Part shown: in pieces, positions 48,901 through 63,699 of the stretch | Numbering within the stretch: the first letter of the stretch is position 1 | Layout: the number at the start of each line of letters is the position of its first letter | DNA from: an uncultured Acidobacteriota bacterium | Lineage (GTDB): Bacteria; Acidobacteriota; Blastocatellia; RBC074 | DNA: 64,000 nt | Reading direction: 5' to 3' | Assembly: GCA_963796275.1 (NCBI GenBank) | Contig: CAWCKY010000003.1 | Location: forward strand, 192,001 to 256,000 | Notes under the pieces: generated by a model | Databases searched by the model: none | What the model was told of the DNA's origin: nothing | The model's input: the letters and a program-made list of their open reading frames with translations, nothing else | Position numbers and translations under genes: made by a program

Positions 48901-49248
48901 AGCGATGGATTGTATATTGTCTCCTGGGCCGTTCGGACCGTGACATCTTTAAATTTCTATGGTATCAAAACCATCTTTTTCAATCTTGACTACGTATACA
49001 CCAGGCTCGAGCGCGGGTAAGCGATAAAGACCAGCTTCATTGCTCGTGCCAACTCGCGCGATATTCGTGCCTAGATTGGTAATTGTTACTTGCGCGCCAG
49101 CAATAGCCGCGCCGGTGTTATCCGTCACAGTTCCCGCTATAGATCCGCGTGTCAATTGAGCTTTAGCAGGGATTGCGAGGAGTGTGATCGTCAGCATCAA
49201 TGCCAACACTGACAATGCAAAACGGTAAGCCATGTGTTTTTTTTGCAT
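45951..49248 (-). pseudogene. Oar-like TonB-dependent receptor with carboxypeptidase-regulatory-like N-terminus, multiply frameshifted (probably sequencing error)
   Basis: Fragments GSIAGTVTD, NGQRARNNNFTIDG, EFGRNSG, KGGTNEFHG, NRNQFGGTFGGPI; 3' end approximate. Confidence 0.8.
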
Positions 49249-49567
49249 ATTTTATCCAGTGAATGCGGATTATTAGCAATTTCATCTAGATGAATGATCA
49301 TCTGGTTCTTGAGTGCACACAAGCTGCTTTCAATCCCAATCTATTATATGGCGAGGCTTAGGGGTTGGTTAAGAACTATTGTATTTGGACAGGTTGGCGT
49401 GGAAGCAAATATCATTCCTGAAAATTATAACCTACTAAAACCCATATTTTGTTGGAGTTAATTGATTCTAGGACGTATATTAAAAGATTATATTACATTT
49501 TTTTGAATGATTGTCGGGTTTTTCGGATAGAAGGTATGGGAGAAACCAATTTTTCAGGTGAATGGAG

Positions 49568-49596
49568 AAAAAAGGGCCCCCTGAATCAGGGAGCCC
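49568..49596 (-). terminator. Rho-independent terminator of receptor 2
   Basis: Minus strand GGGCTCCCTG/CAGGGGGCCC stem and T6. Confidence 0.7.
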
Positions 49597-49623
49597 TAAG
49601 CGCATTTTGCTCTAATAATTTAA

Positions 49624-52600
49624 CTAAAACTCGAAGCGCAATGCGAATTGCATATCACGCGGAGTAGACGCAGAGCTAGTGATCTGTCCGAACGTCGGCG
49701 AACCGATATTGGTAGCCGGCAAGGCGAATGCATTAGTGTTGAATAAATTGTAGGATTCCCAGCGAAATTGCATCCTCATTGACTCTGACCACGGCAACTT
49801 GAAGTTCTTCAGGACTGAAGTATCCACGTTCCAGAAACCAGGCCCGCGGAAAACGTTCGCGGATTGGGCCAGTCCCCCATCCGTGGGAAGCTCACGGCAC
49901 TGAGCGCCGTAGCTTGATCACCGAAGAACTGGATGGTGTCATCGTCAGCATCGTTAATCTGCTGCTGCAGTGCACTGAGGTCGCTACTGTTTAAAACTGC
50001 CACACCCTCGCTGGAGAAGCTTACTGGGAATGATCCAGTGGTAAGGCTGAAGGGTAATCCACTCCGATACGAGTAAATACCACCCACCTGCCAGCCACCG
50101 ATCAGGGCGTTTACAATGCCGCGCGAACTCCGCCGAAAGCTTTCCCGCGGCAAGGAAGCTCATAGATTCCATTGACGTTGACGAGGTGGCGGATATCTAA
50201 AATTGGAGTTTCCGCGGCAAGCGCTTAGATTGCGGAAATCGCAGATCAAACCTCCGAATACTGTATTCGCGATGCTCGACTGGTTGTCGATCGATCGGGA
50301 GTAGGTATAGTTGAAGTCGAACTGAAGGCCTTGCGAGAAGCGTTTCCGCAGAGTCATCAGCAGACCGTTGTAACTCGACGTCCCTTGGTTCGAGACGACG
50401 GCATTGGTTGAGAACTGCCCGCTCAGCCCAATGTTTGGATTGATGCGGCCAAGCCCGTACAGAGCCTGAATGGTACCGCTTACATCGCCAATCCTAATCA
50501 ACCTACTAAAACTATTAGCGACAAAAGCTGTACCACCCGCTACCTGATTCTCGAACCACGGTTGTGGAGTAACCGATCCTCCTGCTGCAGTTCGCTTTGC
50601 AGTCCATTGAAAGCATCCAACATGAATTGGCCTGAAAGCGGACTTTGAAATCCACGATCTGCCCAGCATCTACTTGGGTGAAGAGCTTGCGCGCTTGCCG
50701 TCCCAAAATACAGCCCACATCTCAAGTATGAAATTCTGAGGTGTTCGCGCTGGAAGCCGAAGCTATATTGGATTGAGTATGGTGTTCTGAACCGTTGATC
50801 AATGGTGTAGGTGCTTTGCTGAATCGCATTTCCAAACGGACACCGTAGCAGGATCCACGAAAGGAGTTAACGGACGAGTAATCACGGGCGCAGTGTTCTG
50901 TTCCGGTAAAGAACCGATATCGGTGAATCGCGGATCGGTCGCCAAGGACCCATACTGGATACTTGCTGAGTTGTCGAAAATAAATGTTGCCTGATCCTGA
51001 ACGAATGTCAGCCCGCCGGATGTACGATCGTAAACCAACGATCCACCACCGCGGATCACAGTCTTACGATCACCAAATATTTTGCTTAAGAATCCATTTC
51101 TTGACGAAGGATTCCAGGAAAAGCTCAGTCTAGGAGCGAAATTGTTTCGATCCGTGCATAGAATCTGCGGCATTGTTCGCCTTGCCAATCAGATCGTAAG
51201 CGAGAAGAGGCTCGGATGTATTGCTCGCAAATCCGTTGACCCCATTCTGAACCCTCGTGGCAAACAGGCTTTGATAATCTAGAGCATTGCCGGACTGAAA
51301 TCCGTTAGCCTCATACGGTGCGGGGTAATACTGCCAACGCAAGCCGAAGGTAGCGTTCTAAGTCGGATCGAACCCTCCAGGTGTCTTGCGCATACACTTC
51401 AAATTCGTTGTAGCGATAGTCGCGAATCTTTCCGGTACCGGGTGCGAAGGCATTGCCGGCCGTGTCATAATTGTAGTTGGTTCTTACGATTGATGCATAT
51501 CGCCCCAAGAGGAAAGGAAGCGCGGCGTCATAGGCTCCTATGGCCACGTTGTTGTCATCTAGGCCGATATTCGTAGGCCTCAGATCAGTGCTCAGAGCAT
51601 TTAAGTTGCCGCCAAGGCCGATATCCGTAAAATTGAAGTCGTTGATTAGACCGGTTCTCGAGCGGATCGGTTTGATAGAGACGCCGAACTCCATGTTATG
51701 TCTTCCCTTGGCCCAGCTGATATCATCACAAATCGTAGGCACAGGGACCTGGCGAGTCTGAGCGCTTATGTCCGCGAAAGGCGCTGATAGACCAAAGTCA
51801 CCTCCAAAACTTCCTCCCGCAGCAGCTGGATTACCAAAAATATTGGGAAATGTAGGAGCGAATGGAGCTGGAAAATTCAGCCCTGAGCGCGACATCCCAA
51901 CTGTCACCTGGTTTACTAGCGATGAGCTGATGGTCCACGTATGACCGCCGACAAAAGCATAGTCTCTAACAACGATCTGCCCGCTCTCCGGGTCGCCGGG
52001 GAACTGCTGGGCTACGGTATTTACCGTGTCCGTTTGTAAACGGCGGGCAATGTTGAAACGTCCAAAAACTTTTTGCTTATCGGTCAGATTCGAGTCAATG
52101 CGCGCCGTGTATGTATTGTCTGATCTGCGCGATGGCGAATTGAAACGGAAGCCGCCGGTGTTGATCCCATCGCCAGCGGTCAGATCGTTGGCTTGCGGAT
52201 AACGATTGTTAAAAAATTCATGAAGGCTTGATTCGGACCGAGTCCCTGCGGATCGGATCCTGCGATATCGGTCGGAGACAACAAGGAGATGCACTCCGGT
52301 CTCGTGTCGAGACGAGCATTCGGCGTACACCCTGGAGTGTTGTTCAGGTAGGCCAGGCTTCCATTCCGGAAATGATTCAGCGGAACGATCCTCAGATTGG
52401 CGACCCCTTGGGCATCACGCCGTCCTTCATAATCAAAGAAAAAGAAGAGCTTGTCTTTGCCATTGAATCCGGGAAGATAGACCGGGCCACCGATGTTCCC
52501 GCCAAACTGATTACGGGTCAATTGGGGCCGAGCAATACCGGCTTTATTGTTAAAGAATGTGTTAGCTGCAGTCGCTGCAGTGCGATTGTACTCACGCAGC

Positions 52601-53362
52601 GATCCGTGAAATTCGTTGGTGCCGCCTTTGGTCACCAACATGATTGGCGAGCCACCGCTGCTACGCCCTTCATCGGCACCTGGATTTGTCGAAACGGTCC
52701 GAAATTCCTGGATAGCATCGATGGAGCATTACCGACCGTCGCAAATGCCTGTCCGGTAGCCTGGTCATTAGCATCAATACCATCGATCGTGATGTTTCCC
52801 TGGTCGGCGCGCGAACCTGTGACGGAGCCGACGCGATTTGCTGTTACGGTCCCCACATTGTTTCCGACGACGCCAGGTTGCAATCCCAGTAGTGCGGCCG
52901 GTGAATTGCGAAGTTGAATCGGAAGCTCCGTCAGGCGGCGCTGTTCGACGACGTTACCGATAGTGGCATCAGTCGTGTTCAGGGTGGTCCCCTCGGATGA
53001 TGTTATCGTTACCGTGTTGGAAACTTGTCCGACGGACAATTGGGCATTATGAGTCTCAGTGACACCCACTCCGAGCGACACACTTTGGAGCTCAACAGTT
53101 TCAAAGCCCTGGGCTGTAAAGGTTAGCTTATAACCAGACCCGGCGACACCTTGAAGAACGTATACACCCCCAGATCATTGGTCTTGGTTGACAGTTCCTT
53201 AGCCGTTTTGGTGTCGGTGAGTTTTACATCCGCCCCGCTTATCACTGCGCCAGTGGCATCGCTCACAGTCCCAGTCACGGAAGATGTCTGCTGACCCAGA
53301 ACTATTGCGGGAAATAACATGAGGAGAAGCGACAAAATCAATAAATTATTTGTTTTTATCAT
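49624..53362 (-). pseudogene. Oar-like TonB-dependent receptor 2, multiply frameshifted (probably sequencing error)
   Basis: Fragments VTGTVSDATGA, GSRADQGNITIDG, TRNQFGGNIGGP, DRNNFAPR, C-terminal QFALRFEF. Confidence 0.85.
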
Positions 53363-53910
53363 GTTCCTTATTCTGACCTCCTTTTAGAGTGAAGATTGAG
53401 GGGACTTAACTTCTGCAGGATGAAGCAATCGTACGATAGGTTCATCAGTGATTTTATTATTGCTTTTCGCAGGCATTTTTATTTAGGCTCATTGTTTGCA
53501 TAAATATCGCGTTTAAATATGAGGTGGCCGCGGGGGCTGAGATTGAAGTAGCAACATTTATGCCGTCGATATTTTGAATTTGTCGTGATTGATAGAATTT
53601 CACTTATCGCGTCAATACAAATAGTTGGAAAAGTATCATTCCATAATTCTGAATATAATTGGGATTTCTGGAGAAAAATCTATAGTTTTCCATAGGATAA
53701 AAAATCTGAGCTCGCCGTTTTAAAGTCGCCCGGGTTTATCCTGATTAAAGTATTTCAGTTAAAACTGGTATCGCCGCTTGAACTGCATTCCACTTTGACC
53801 TCGTCACATCCCCGAATATTGTACGCCGATAAAAATGCAACGGCGCGGAGTATACCGGATGCAAGGTGTGCCCATCATCACTAGACCAATTTCCCCTCGA
53901 TGGCGCATTA

Positions 53911-55176
53911 TCACTCAACTTTGATGGGTTGGGAATTGATCTGCGTTTGTCGCCTAGCCTGCAGCTTTTTGATTGCGCTGGCGGCTCGATCAACGTCGCG
54001 CATTCCAGTTTGAATCGCCACATCAAGAGCAAAGCTGCGCGATTCGCCAGGCCCTAGTTTTGGTACACGGCCCGCTTTTCGCTCAATGCTCCGATTGGCT
54101 GGAAAGCCGGAGCCAGGTTCGAGTCCCGTCACGCAGCCTTCTTCGGCTGCAGTCGTATTCTTCCAGAGCGTGAAGTACGGCAACTGCGTCACGTCCCACG
54201 TCATTGTGACTGCCTTGTCCCTCGTGGCATTGCGCAGCATGACCGTCGTGCGCCGCTGCTGGTCCGCAAACAGGGTGAGGCCATAGACCTGTTCGATGAA
54301 CCCCTTCGTCGGTGCGGCATATTCGCTGTACTCGCTAAGCCCCCGGGCGGCGTGCGCATTGAAGGGGCGAGCTTCCTTCACGGCGGCCACCAGGCTCGCA
54401 CCTGCCTCAAGCAGCGGCGGGCCGAAGTTGGCGTGATAGATGATCTGAAACTCCTGATCGTATGCCCCATAGTTGGTCAGCTTGTCTTCGATACGAAATG
54501 AGTTCGAACCGGGTTCGGTCGACACTTCCGTCCACAGTTCCAGCTTCGGCCCGTAAAACATTCGCTCATCCACGCGCCCGCGGAGGCGGATGCGATGCGG
54601 CGGTTGACGGTCAATGACGATTTCGACTTCAGAAGCGGGTATGTTGCCGATGCGGCCATGAAGCGTCAGTTCCATCTCGGCCCGGTCACCAGTGTTATTG
54701 ATGAATTCGTCCCGTCCTGGGTGGCCGGCCCATTCCATACCGCAGCGAACCATAAATTCATTGAATCCCTCGAGCCAGCCGAGTCCGCCGCGCGATTGCA
54801 GATTGATAAATTGTGGATGCACGACTTCCTTAACCGGTGAATTCCAGCCAAGCGTGACATCGCCTGATGTGACCTTCAGCAAGCTCATCCCCCGCGTCGG
54901 TATCACAGTGAGAGCCAGTCTGCCGTTATCCACGACTACCACGTCAACGCCTTCTTGTTTGCCGCCGCGCAGGATGTATTTCCGAACCGACCAGTTGGCC
55001 TCGGCGCTCAGCTTCATATCACGATTTGTGATTTGCCAGTTATCCAGGTGAACGTTGCGTTCGACGCTGGTGAGCGTCTGGCGATATGGCTCCGTCGGTT
55101 GCGACCCCCCTGAGGGTACCAGCCAGAGCAAGGCGAGTGTTGAGGCAAGTGTTGTCAGCCAAAACGTCTTCAGCAT
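53911..55176 (-). CDS. DUF4432/aldose 1-epimerase-like secreted protein
   Basis: [30 protein letters not shown]; AGGAG RBS before ATG55176. Confidence 0.85.
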   Translation of the reverse strand: MLKTFWLTTLASTLALLWLVPSGGSQPTEPYRQTLTSVERNVHLDNWQITNRDMKLSAEANWSVRKYILRGGKQEGVDVVVVDNGRLALTVIPTRGMSLLKVTSGDVTLGWNSPVKEVVHPQFINLQSRGGLGWLEGFNEFMVRCGMEWAGHPGRDEFINNTGDRAEMELTLHGRIGNIPASEVEIVIDRQPPHRIRLRGRVDERMFYGPKLELWTEVSTEPGSNSFRIEDKLTNYGAYDQEFQIIYHANFGPPLLEAGASLVAAVKEARPFNAHAARGLSEYSEYAAPTKGFIEQVYGLTLFADQQRRTTVMLRNATRDKAVTMTWDVTQLPYFTLWKNTTAAEEGCVTGLEPGSGFPANRSIERKAGRVPKLGPGESRSFALDVAIQTGMRDVDRAASAIKKLQARRQTQINSQPIKVE

Positions 55177-55439
55177 GCGGATAGCTCCTGAGTGTTTCGT
55201 GTGGTCAAGCATCAAGCATTTAACAAGGACACTACTGGAATGCTTTTCGATCGCCGCAGCTGCGAGCGGGGCCTTCACCTTTTACCCTTCGGCATTAGGG
55301 CGCAGAACTGCGGATGCCCGAATCACTATAATCCGCTCTCCACTTCGTAATCAAAACAAAATTTGTGCCCAGCTGCCGATTTCCGGCCATTCACGAATCT
55401 TCCTATCCGCGATGAAATGTTCCGTCTCCGAGCCCTTAG

Positions 55440-55630
55440 CTATAGGCGCTGTAGGCGCGTTGGGAGCGACCCGGTTGCTTGAACAGATGCTGTTTGAAGT
55501 CAAGCCCTGGGACCCTCTTACTTTTTCGGCGGTGGGACTCTTCGTTTTACTGGTAGCCATATCTGCCTGTGCCTTGCCGGCCCTGAAGGCAACGAGGGTG
55601 GATCCGCTGGCCGCGTTACGCCGAGAATGA
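55440..55630 (+). pseudogene. C-terminal remnant of an ADOP/FtsX-like ABC permease
   Basis: LFEVKPWDPLTF...ACALPALKATRVDPLAALRRE with no upstream body. Confidence 0.75.
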
Positions 55631-55818
55631 CGCTGCCTTCCCCATAAATCATCGATGAAAATCGCTCGCCCTGATTTCACGGATTTTCTGCAATCTTGCT
55701 GGCTGAAGAACGTATATACTGCTTTACCGTTGCGATGCACGAGCTACTTCGAAAATGGGATTGACTTTGATCCAGGTCACTCATCGCAATATTACTCACA
55801 CTTAGCAAAACATACGAG

Positions 55819-57314
<1,496 letters not shown>

Positions 57315-57615
57315 TTCAAGGCCGTCGGCAGGAGAGAAGAAATCTTTGGTGATTCCGGCAATGCGGATCGGATTATAGGCAATGCTCTCGACCTGGTATG
57401 GCACTTCGCCTTTCGCTTACCAGTCCTACCATTGAGTAGCAACTGCTAACTAATAATCTCGATTTGCTAAGATAAGTCACACAGAATTACAAAAGTGGCA
57501 GAAAAAATTTATTCTTAGTGGAACTGTGAGCCCTATCTCCCGTTATATGTATACTGGCCCGAGTGAAATATATTTTGCGAGAAAAGAATTTCATGACCCA
57601 TCTTCATGAAACTAG

Positions 57616-59682
57616 ATGAACGGGTTTATTTCGTTAAACTTATGTATTCTATTTTCATACCAATCAATAATTTTTACCTGCCTAATTATGAGCGTAGCTA
57701 TGAATCTCACTAAAATGTTGGCCGTGCTGATGGCTGTGGCATTACAAATTAACGGTCAATCTCTCGCCACAGTCATGCAAGATAATCAAGAGAAAGATAA
57801 AGCCGAAGATCAATTATTACCTGGGAAATCTCTCATCGTTGACGGTGTGCCAAAAGTACCAAAAGAATTAGGTAGCATTTATGATGGTGTGCAAGGTACA
57901 GCGTATGAGTTAATGGGATGGGAGGGAGACAGGTCAGAGATGCGAATCTTAGAAAGATGGCCATATCCAACGATTTATGCGATCTCTACACCTGGAAAAG
58001 ATGGAACGGCATTGCCCAACATTCGACCGAAAGAAGGATTTGTTTATGATTATTATTTCGATCGAAAAGGCAAGAATCTGGTTTACAACGTAGACGTAAA
58101 CGGAAACGAGTTATTCCAATTCTATTTTTATGATGCTCTTGCTCAAAAGAGTATTAGACTTACTGATGGCAAGTCGCGGAATGTCGAACCTATCTGGTCA
58201 CATGATGGAGATTATGTCGTATGGGGGGCAACTCCTGAGGGTGAAACTGGAATGGAACTTCACATATGCAATCCATTTCATCCGGAGAGCCTTAAACGTT
58301 TGATCTCATCGTCGGGGAACCCTTTGGAAGCCTTCGACTGGTCACCGGATGACCGTTACATCGTATATGTAGAATACCTTTCTCTGAGAAACGACAGCCG
58401 CCTATGGTTGGTCGATGTGTCTACTGGTAGGAAAGAATTACTTGCGCCATTAAATACTGATGATAACGCATATTACGGAAGCCCTGTATATTCAGCGGAT
58501 GGTAAGCACATATTGCTCATAACCGATCAGGAGTCCGAATTCAGAAGACTGGCCCTACTTGATCTGTCAAGTAAAAAGATCAAGTACTTAACAATGAACA
58601 TTAATTGGGATGTTGATAAGTTTGCGCTCTCGCCTGATGGGAAACTGCTTGCATTTGAGACTAACGAAGATGGGGTATCTAAACTTCATCTGTATGATGT
58701 TAAGACCAATACTATTGTTGCAATGTTGGACACCCCCCCCGGCATCATTTTGAAATTAGCCTGGCACAACAATTCCAGGGATCTGGCTCTCAGCTTGGAG
58801 TCTCCGCGTACGATGGGGGATATTTACGTGTTCAATGTTGAAAGCAAGAAGATGGTGTGCTGGTCTAAGGCAAAATTGAGCGGGCTCAATTCTGAAGAGA
58901 TTCAATTCCCGCAACTGCTTCACTATAAGAGTTTCGATGAAAGAGTGATTTCCGGGTTCATTTATCGCCCAACAGTCAGAGCCGGAAAGCTTCCAGTTTT
59001 AATTGAAATTCACGGTGGTCCAGAAGACCAGTTCCGCCCTAAATTCGATTTCGTTGATCATACAATCATAAATAAACTGGGAATAGCAAAAATATACCCG
59101 AATGTTCGCGGATCGTCCGGTTATGGAAAGACGTTTTTGAAACTTGATAATGGAGTGCGTCGCAATGACGCGTTAAAAGACATCGAATATCTGTTGAGTT
59201 GGATAAAAAAACAACCAGACCTGGATGGAGACAAGGTTGTAATTACGGGACAGAGTTATGGCGGATATATGTCTCTTCTAGCCGCGGCAAATTACAGTGG
59301 TAAGATTCGCGGAGCCATTTCGACCTCCGGACCAACAAATTTGGTTTCTTTTTTAGAAAATACAACTGGATGGCGAAGAGACTTACGTCGAGCAGAATAT
59401 GGTGATGAACGGGACCAAAAAATCAGATTTGAGCTTAATAAAGTAGCCCCTAGAAATAACATCGAAAATATAACTGCCCCAATCCTTATATTTCAGGGGA
59501 TGAATGACCCGCGGGTTCCATTCGGCGAGTCATCGGATATGGTTCAGCAACTCAAATCTAAGAAACGAAATATCTGGTATGTTCTGGCCAAAGATGAGGG
59601 ACATGGTTTCGCATATGGTGAAAACGGCTTGTTTCGAGATTGCGTAACGATCCTTTTTCTCAAGCATTTTCTTGTGAAATAG
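57616..59682 (+). CDS. S9 (prolyl oligopeptidase-family) peptidase, secreted
   Basis: Beta-propeller (WSPD/SPDG), HGGPE, GQSYGG, NDPRVP, DEGHG; true start probably a later Met. Confidence 0.93.
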   Translation: MNGFISLNLCILFSYQSIIFTCLIMSVAMNLTKMLAVLMAVALQINGQSLATVMQDNQEKDKAEDQLLPGKSLIVDGVPKVPKELGSIYDGVQGTAYELMGWEGDRSEMRILERWPYPTIYAISTPGKDGTALPNIRPKEGFVYDYYFDRKGKNLVYNVDVNGNELFQFYFYDALAQKSIRLTDGKSRNVEPIWSHDGDYVVWGATPEGETGMELHICNPFHPESLKRLISSSGNPLEAFDWSPDDRYIVYVEYLSLRNDSRLWLVDVSTGRKELLAPLNTDDNAYYGSPVYSADGKHILLITDQESEFRRLALLDLSSKKIKYLTMNINWDVDKFALSPDGKLLAFETNEDGVSKLHLYDVKTNTIVAMLDTPPGIILKLAWHNNSRDLALSLESPRTMGDIYVFNVESKKMVCWSKAKLSGLNSEEIQFPQLLHYKSFDERVISGFIYRPTVRAGKLPVLIEIHGGPEDQFRPKFDFVDHTIINKLGIAKIYPNVRGSSGYGKTFLKLDNGVRRNDALKDIEYLLSWIKKQPDLDGDKVVITGQSYGGYMSLLAAANYSGKIRGAISTSGPTNLVSFLENTTGWRRDLRRAEYGDERDQKIRFELNKVAPRNNIENITAPILIFQGMNDPRVPFGESSDMVQQLKSKKRNIWYVLAKDEGHGFAYGENGLFRDCVTILFLKHFLVK

Positions 59683-59878
59683 TTGGAGAAATCGTTTATT
59701 AGCCATAACCACACAAGAAGATATACATGAAAAAGTTAGTGCGAATCGCCATCGCACTATCGATGATTATGTGTCTAAGTACACCTACTACAACCAGAGC
59801 TCAATATTAAACGACTAATGATATGCGAGGTGGTGGAGAAAACACTCCTCCAATATGCTTACCACCCAAGATATGTCC

Positions 59879-59910
59879 AAAAAAATGGGCTCCCTTGAAA
59901 CAGGGAGCCC
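59879..59910 (-). terminator. Rho-independent terminator of receptor 3
   Basis: GGGCTCCCT/AGGGAGCCC stem and T tract; similar to the receptor 2 terminator. Confidence 0.7.
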
Positions 59911-59936
59911 AAGTATCTTCCAGGTGAAGATTTCGG

Positions 59937-62900
59937 TTAGAACTGGTATCGCAGCGCGAACTGCATTTCACGCGACATGCTTGCCGATGATGTCACCTGC
60001 CCAAACGTTGGCAGGCTGATATTGCTGATCGGCAATGCGAATCCATTAGTATTTAAGGCATTGTAGGATTCCCAGCGGAACTGCAGCGACTGTGACTCCG
60101 ACCACGGCAATCTGAAGTTCTTCAGGACAGACGTATCCAGGTTCCAGAAACCCGGGCCGCGTAAAACGTTACGGTTACCGCTCCCTCCATTGAGCGGGAA
60201 CCGCACTGCATTAAGCGCCGCTGTCTGATTGGCGAAGAACTGGATGCTGCCGCTGCCGTCAGTCGCATCGTTGATTTGTTGCTGAAGAGCGCTGGTGTCG
60301 CCACTGTTGAGTGCAGCCGCACTCGGGTTAACGAAGCTTACCGGGAATGCACTGGTAGTCAGGTTGAAAGGCAATCCGCTGCGATAGGTGAATATGCCGC
60401 CCACCTGCCAGCCTCCGATCAACGCATCCCGCAGACCGCGCGCATTCCCGCCCATCGCCTTTCCGCGGCCGAATGGTAGTTCGTATATGCCGTTCACGTT
60501 GATCAGATGGCGGAGGTCGAAGTCCGAATTTCCGCGACAAGCGCGTAGATTGCGGACGTCGCAGATCAAACCGCCGGTCGTAGTATTCGCAACGCTCGAT
60601 ACATTGTCGATCGAGTGTGAGAAAGAGTAGTTGAAGTCGAACTGGAGACCCTGCGCGAACCGTTTGCGCAGGCTGACCAGCATGCCATTGTAACTCGACG
60701 ATCCGAGATTGGTGACAAAGGCGTTCGCTGCGTACTGTGCACTCAGTCCTGTGTTGGGAGCGATCAACCCACCAGCAGTGAGTGCCTGGATAACACTGCT
60801 GGTATCACCGCTCTGAATCAGAACCGGTACGGCCGATGCGAGAAGAGATGTGCCGCCTGGACCAATCTGATTCTCGAACCAGGGTTGTGGAGTCACCGCT
60901 CCTGCCGCCACTCCCGCCTGAAGCTGCGCCTGCAGCCCATTGAAGGCGGCCAGCATGAACTGACCCGATGTCGGATCTCTGAAATCGAGAATCTGCGCCG
61001 CGTCCACCTGCGAGAAGAGCTTGCGCGCCTGCCTTCCCACGTACGCCATCTCGAGGATGAAATTGCCCGGCATTTCGCGCTGGAATCCGAAGCTGTATTC
61101 GACCGAGTAGGGGGTCCTGAACCTTTGATCCAGGGCATAGTTGGCCTGTCCTAACGCAGTCCCAATCGGAACCCCATTCATCACGTTAGGAGTGGCCGGA
61201 TTGGTGATCGCAGGCGCAACGTTCTGGATAGGTAGTGAGCCGGTTCCGGTGAATCGCGGATCCATCAACAGGGAAGCGGTGGGATCGCCCACACCGAAAG
61301 GCGTTGGTACTGTGTTATTGAACAGATAATTGAACTGGTCCTGAACGAAAGTGAGCCCTCCGGAAACTCGATCATAAACGACCGATCCGCCCGCCCGGAT
61401 GACAGTCTTGCGATCACCGAATATCTTACCCAACAACCCATTCTGGAATGTAGGATTCCATGCGAGATTCAGTCGCGGCGCGAAGTTGTTACGATCCGGA
61501 GCATATGGTCCGGGTGCATTATTTCCTTGCCCGATCGGAAAATAACTTATGAAAGGTTCCGCCGTATTACCGTTGATCCCGGCGGCGGCATTCTGAAACC
61601 GGATGGCAAGCAGGTTCTGCAAATCCGCGTTATTGCCGGACTGAAACCCGTTAGCCTCATATGGCGACGAGTAATAGTGGTAGCGCAATCCATAGGTTAT
61701 CGTAAGGTCGTTTCTCACGCGCCAGCTATCCTGCGCATAAGCTTCATACTCGTTATATCGATAATCGCGCGTCTGCCCGGTCCCGAGAGGAAAGGGGTTG
61801 CCGGCTGTGTCGTAGTTGAAGTTTGTGGTGATAAGCGAGTAGCGCCCCAGCAGGAAAGGGAACGCAAAATCGTAATTGTTGATCGCCACGTTGTTGATAT
61901 CGGTGCCGATATCTGCCGGACGGAGAGCAGCGTTGAGAGCAAGAAGGTTGCCGCCGAGGCCGAGATCCTGCAGAATTGAAATCATTCCTAAGCCCCGACC
62001 TTAGACGGATCGGTTTGAAAGAGACGCCGAATGACATGTCATGTGATCCTTTGCTCCAGTTCAGGTCATCGCGAAAAGTGGGTAAAGGGACACGCCGCGT
62101 TTGCGTACTTATTGTCGGAAAGGGCACGGATAGCCCAAAGTTGCTTCCGAACATCCCTCCGGTGGGTGCCGGTACCCCGAATATATTCGGAGAAGTGGGC
62201 GTGAATGGTGCATTTATATTGGACGAGGCGCGCGTCACTCCGACAGTCACCTGGTTCGCTAGCGACGGACTGATGGTCCAGGTATGGCCGCCAGCAAACG
62301 AAAAGTCGCGCAAGACGATCCGGCCGCTCTCCGGGTCAGCGGGGAACTGCTGGGCTACCGTATTGCCCGTGTCTGTAAAGGATGTGCGCACGATATTCAC
62401 ACGTCCGAATAATTTCTGGTTATCGGTTGCGTTCAGATCGATGCGATTCGTATAGATATTTCCCGATCGGTTGGACGGTGCGTTGAACCTGAAACCGCCG
62501 GTATTGATACCATCGCCTACCGTAAGATCATTGGCTCGCGGATAACGGCCATTGACCAGGCTCAAAAGGGCCTGATTGGCTCCGACTCCCTGTGGGTCCA
62601 TAGCCGCAATCTGGGCCGGCGACAGAATGGAGATGCCTCCCGCGTTATTGATGTAGGCTAAATTACCACTCCTGAAACTATCGAGAGGGACGATGCGTAA
62701 TTGCGGCACGCCCTGGGCATCGCGCCGGCCTTCATAATCGAAGAAAAAGAATAGCTTGTCTTTGCCGTTAAATCCCGGCAGATAGACCGGCCCTCCGATG
62801 TTTCCTCCGAACTGATTGCGAGTCAATTGAGGCTTGGGAAGGCTGCGGCCCGTGTTTGGGTCGATCGTCCGATTGTTAAAGAAGGTATTGGCCGCTGTCG

Positions 62901-63699
62901 CTGATGTACGGTTGTACTCGCGCAGCGAACCATGAAATTGGTTGCTACCGCTCTTGGTGACCAACAATATTTGGCTCCCGCTGCTTCGACCTTCGGCGGC
63001 GCCAGGATTGGTTGTAACAGTGCGGAATTCCTGAATCGAATCGATCGGAGCAAAAGCGATTGTAAAAAATGCCTGACCGGTTGCGGCGTCATTGGCATCA
63101 ATTCCATCGACTGTGATATTTCCCTGATCGGCACGCGAACCGGTGGATGAACCTAAAATATTGATCCCCGCCAGTCCCATACCCGTTCCCAGGTTGTTTC
63201 CGATCACTCCTGGTTGCAGGCCGAGGAGAGCGGCCGGCGTTTCGCGTATCTGGATCGGAAGTGCCTGCAGCCTGCGCGTTTCGATATTGTTGCCGATGCT
63301 CGCATCGGTCGTATTCAATGTCGCTCCGCCCAGAGCCGTCACCGTCACCGAGTTGGTCACCTGTCCGATCTGCAGCTGTCCGTTCTGCGTCTCCGTGACT
63401 CCAACTCCGAGCGTGACATTTTTGAGTATCAGCGTTTCAAAACCCGACGCCGTGAATTCAAGCATATAACCGCTACCCGGCGATAACTTGTGGAAAGAAT
63501 AAACTCCCTGTTCATTCGTAATGGTTGACTGCTCCTTTGATGTCTTGGTATCCGTGAGTTTCACCTCGGCACCGCCGATCGCTGCGCCTGTCATATCTGT
63601 CAGAACGCCTGTCAGGGATGAAGTCTGCTGAGCCGGAACTATTGTGGGAAAGAACATCATGAGAAGCGACAATATCAATATATGTTTTGCTTCTTTCAT
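59937..63699 (-). CDS. Oar-like TonB-dependent receptor 3 (paralog of receptor 2), one frameshift near 61975
   Basis: ORFs 61753-63699 and 59937-61985 join at NDFN; ends QFALRYQF; AAGGAGG RBS. Confidence 0.9.
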
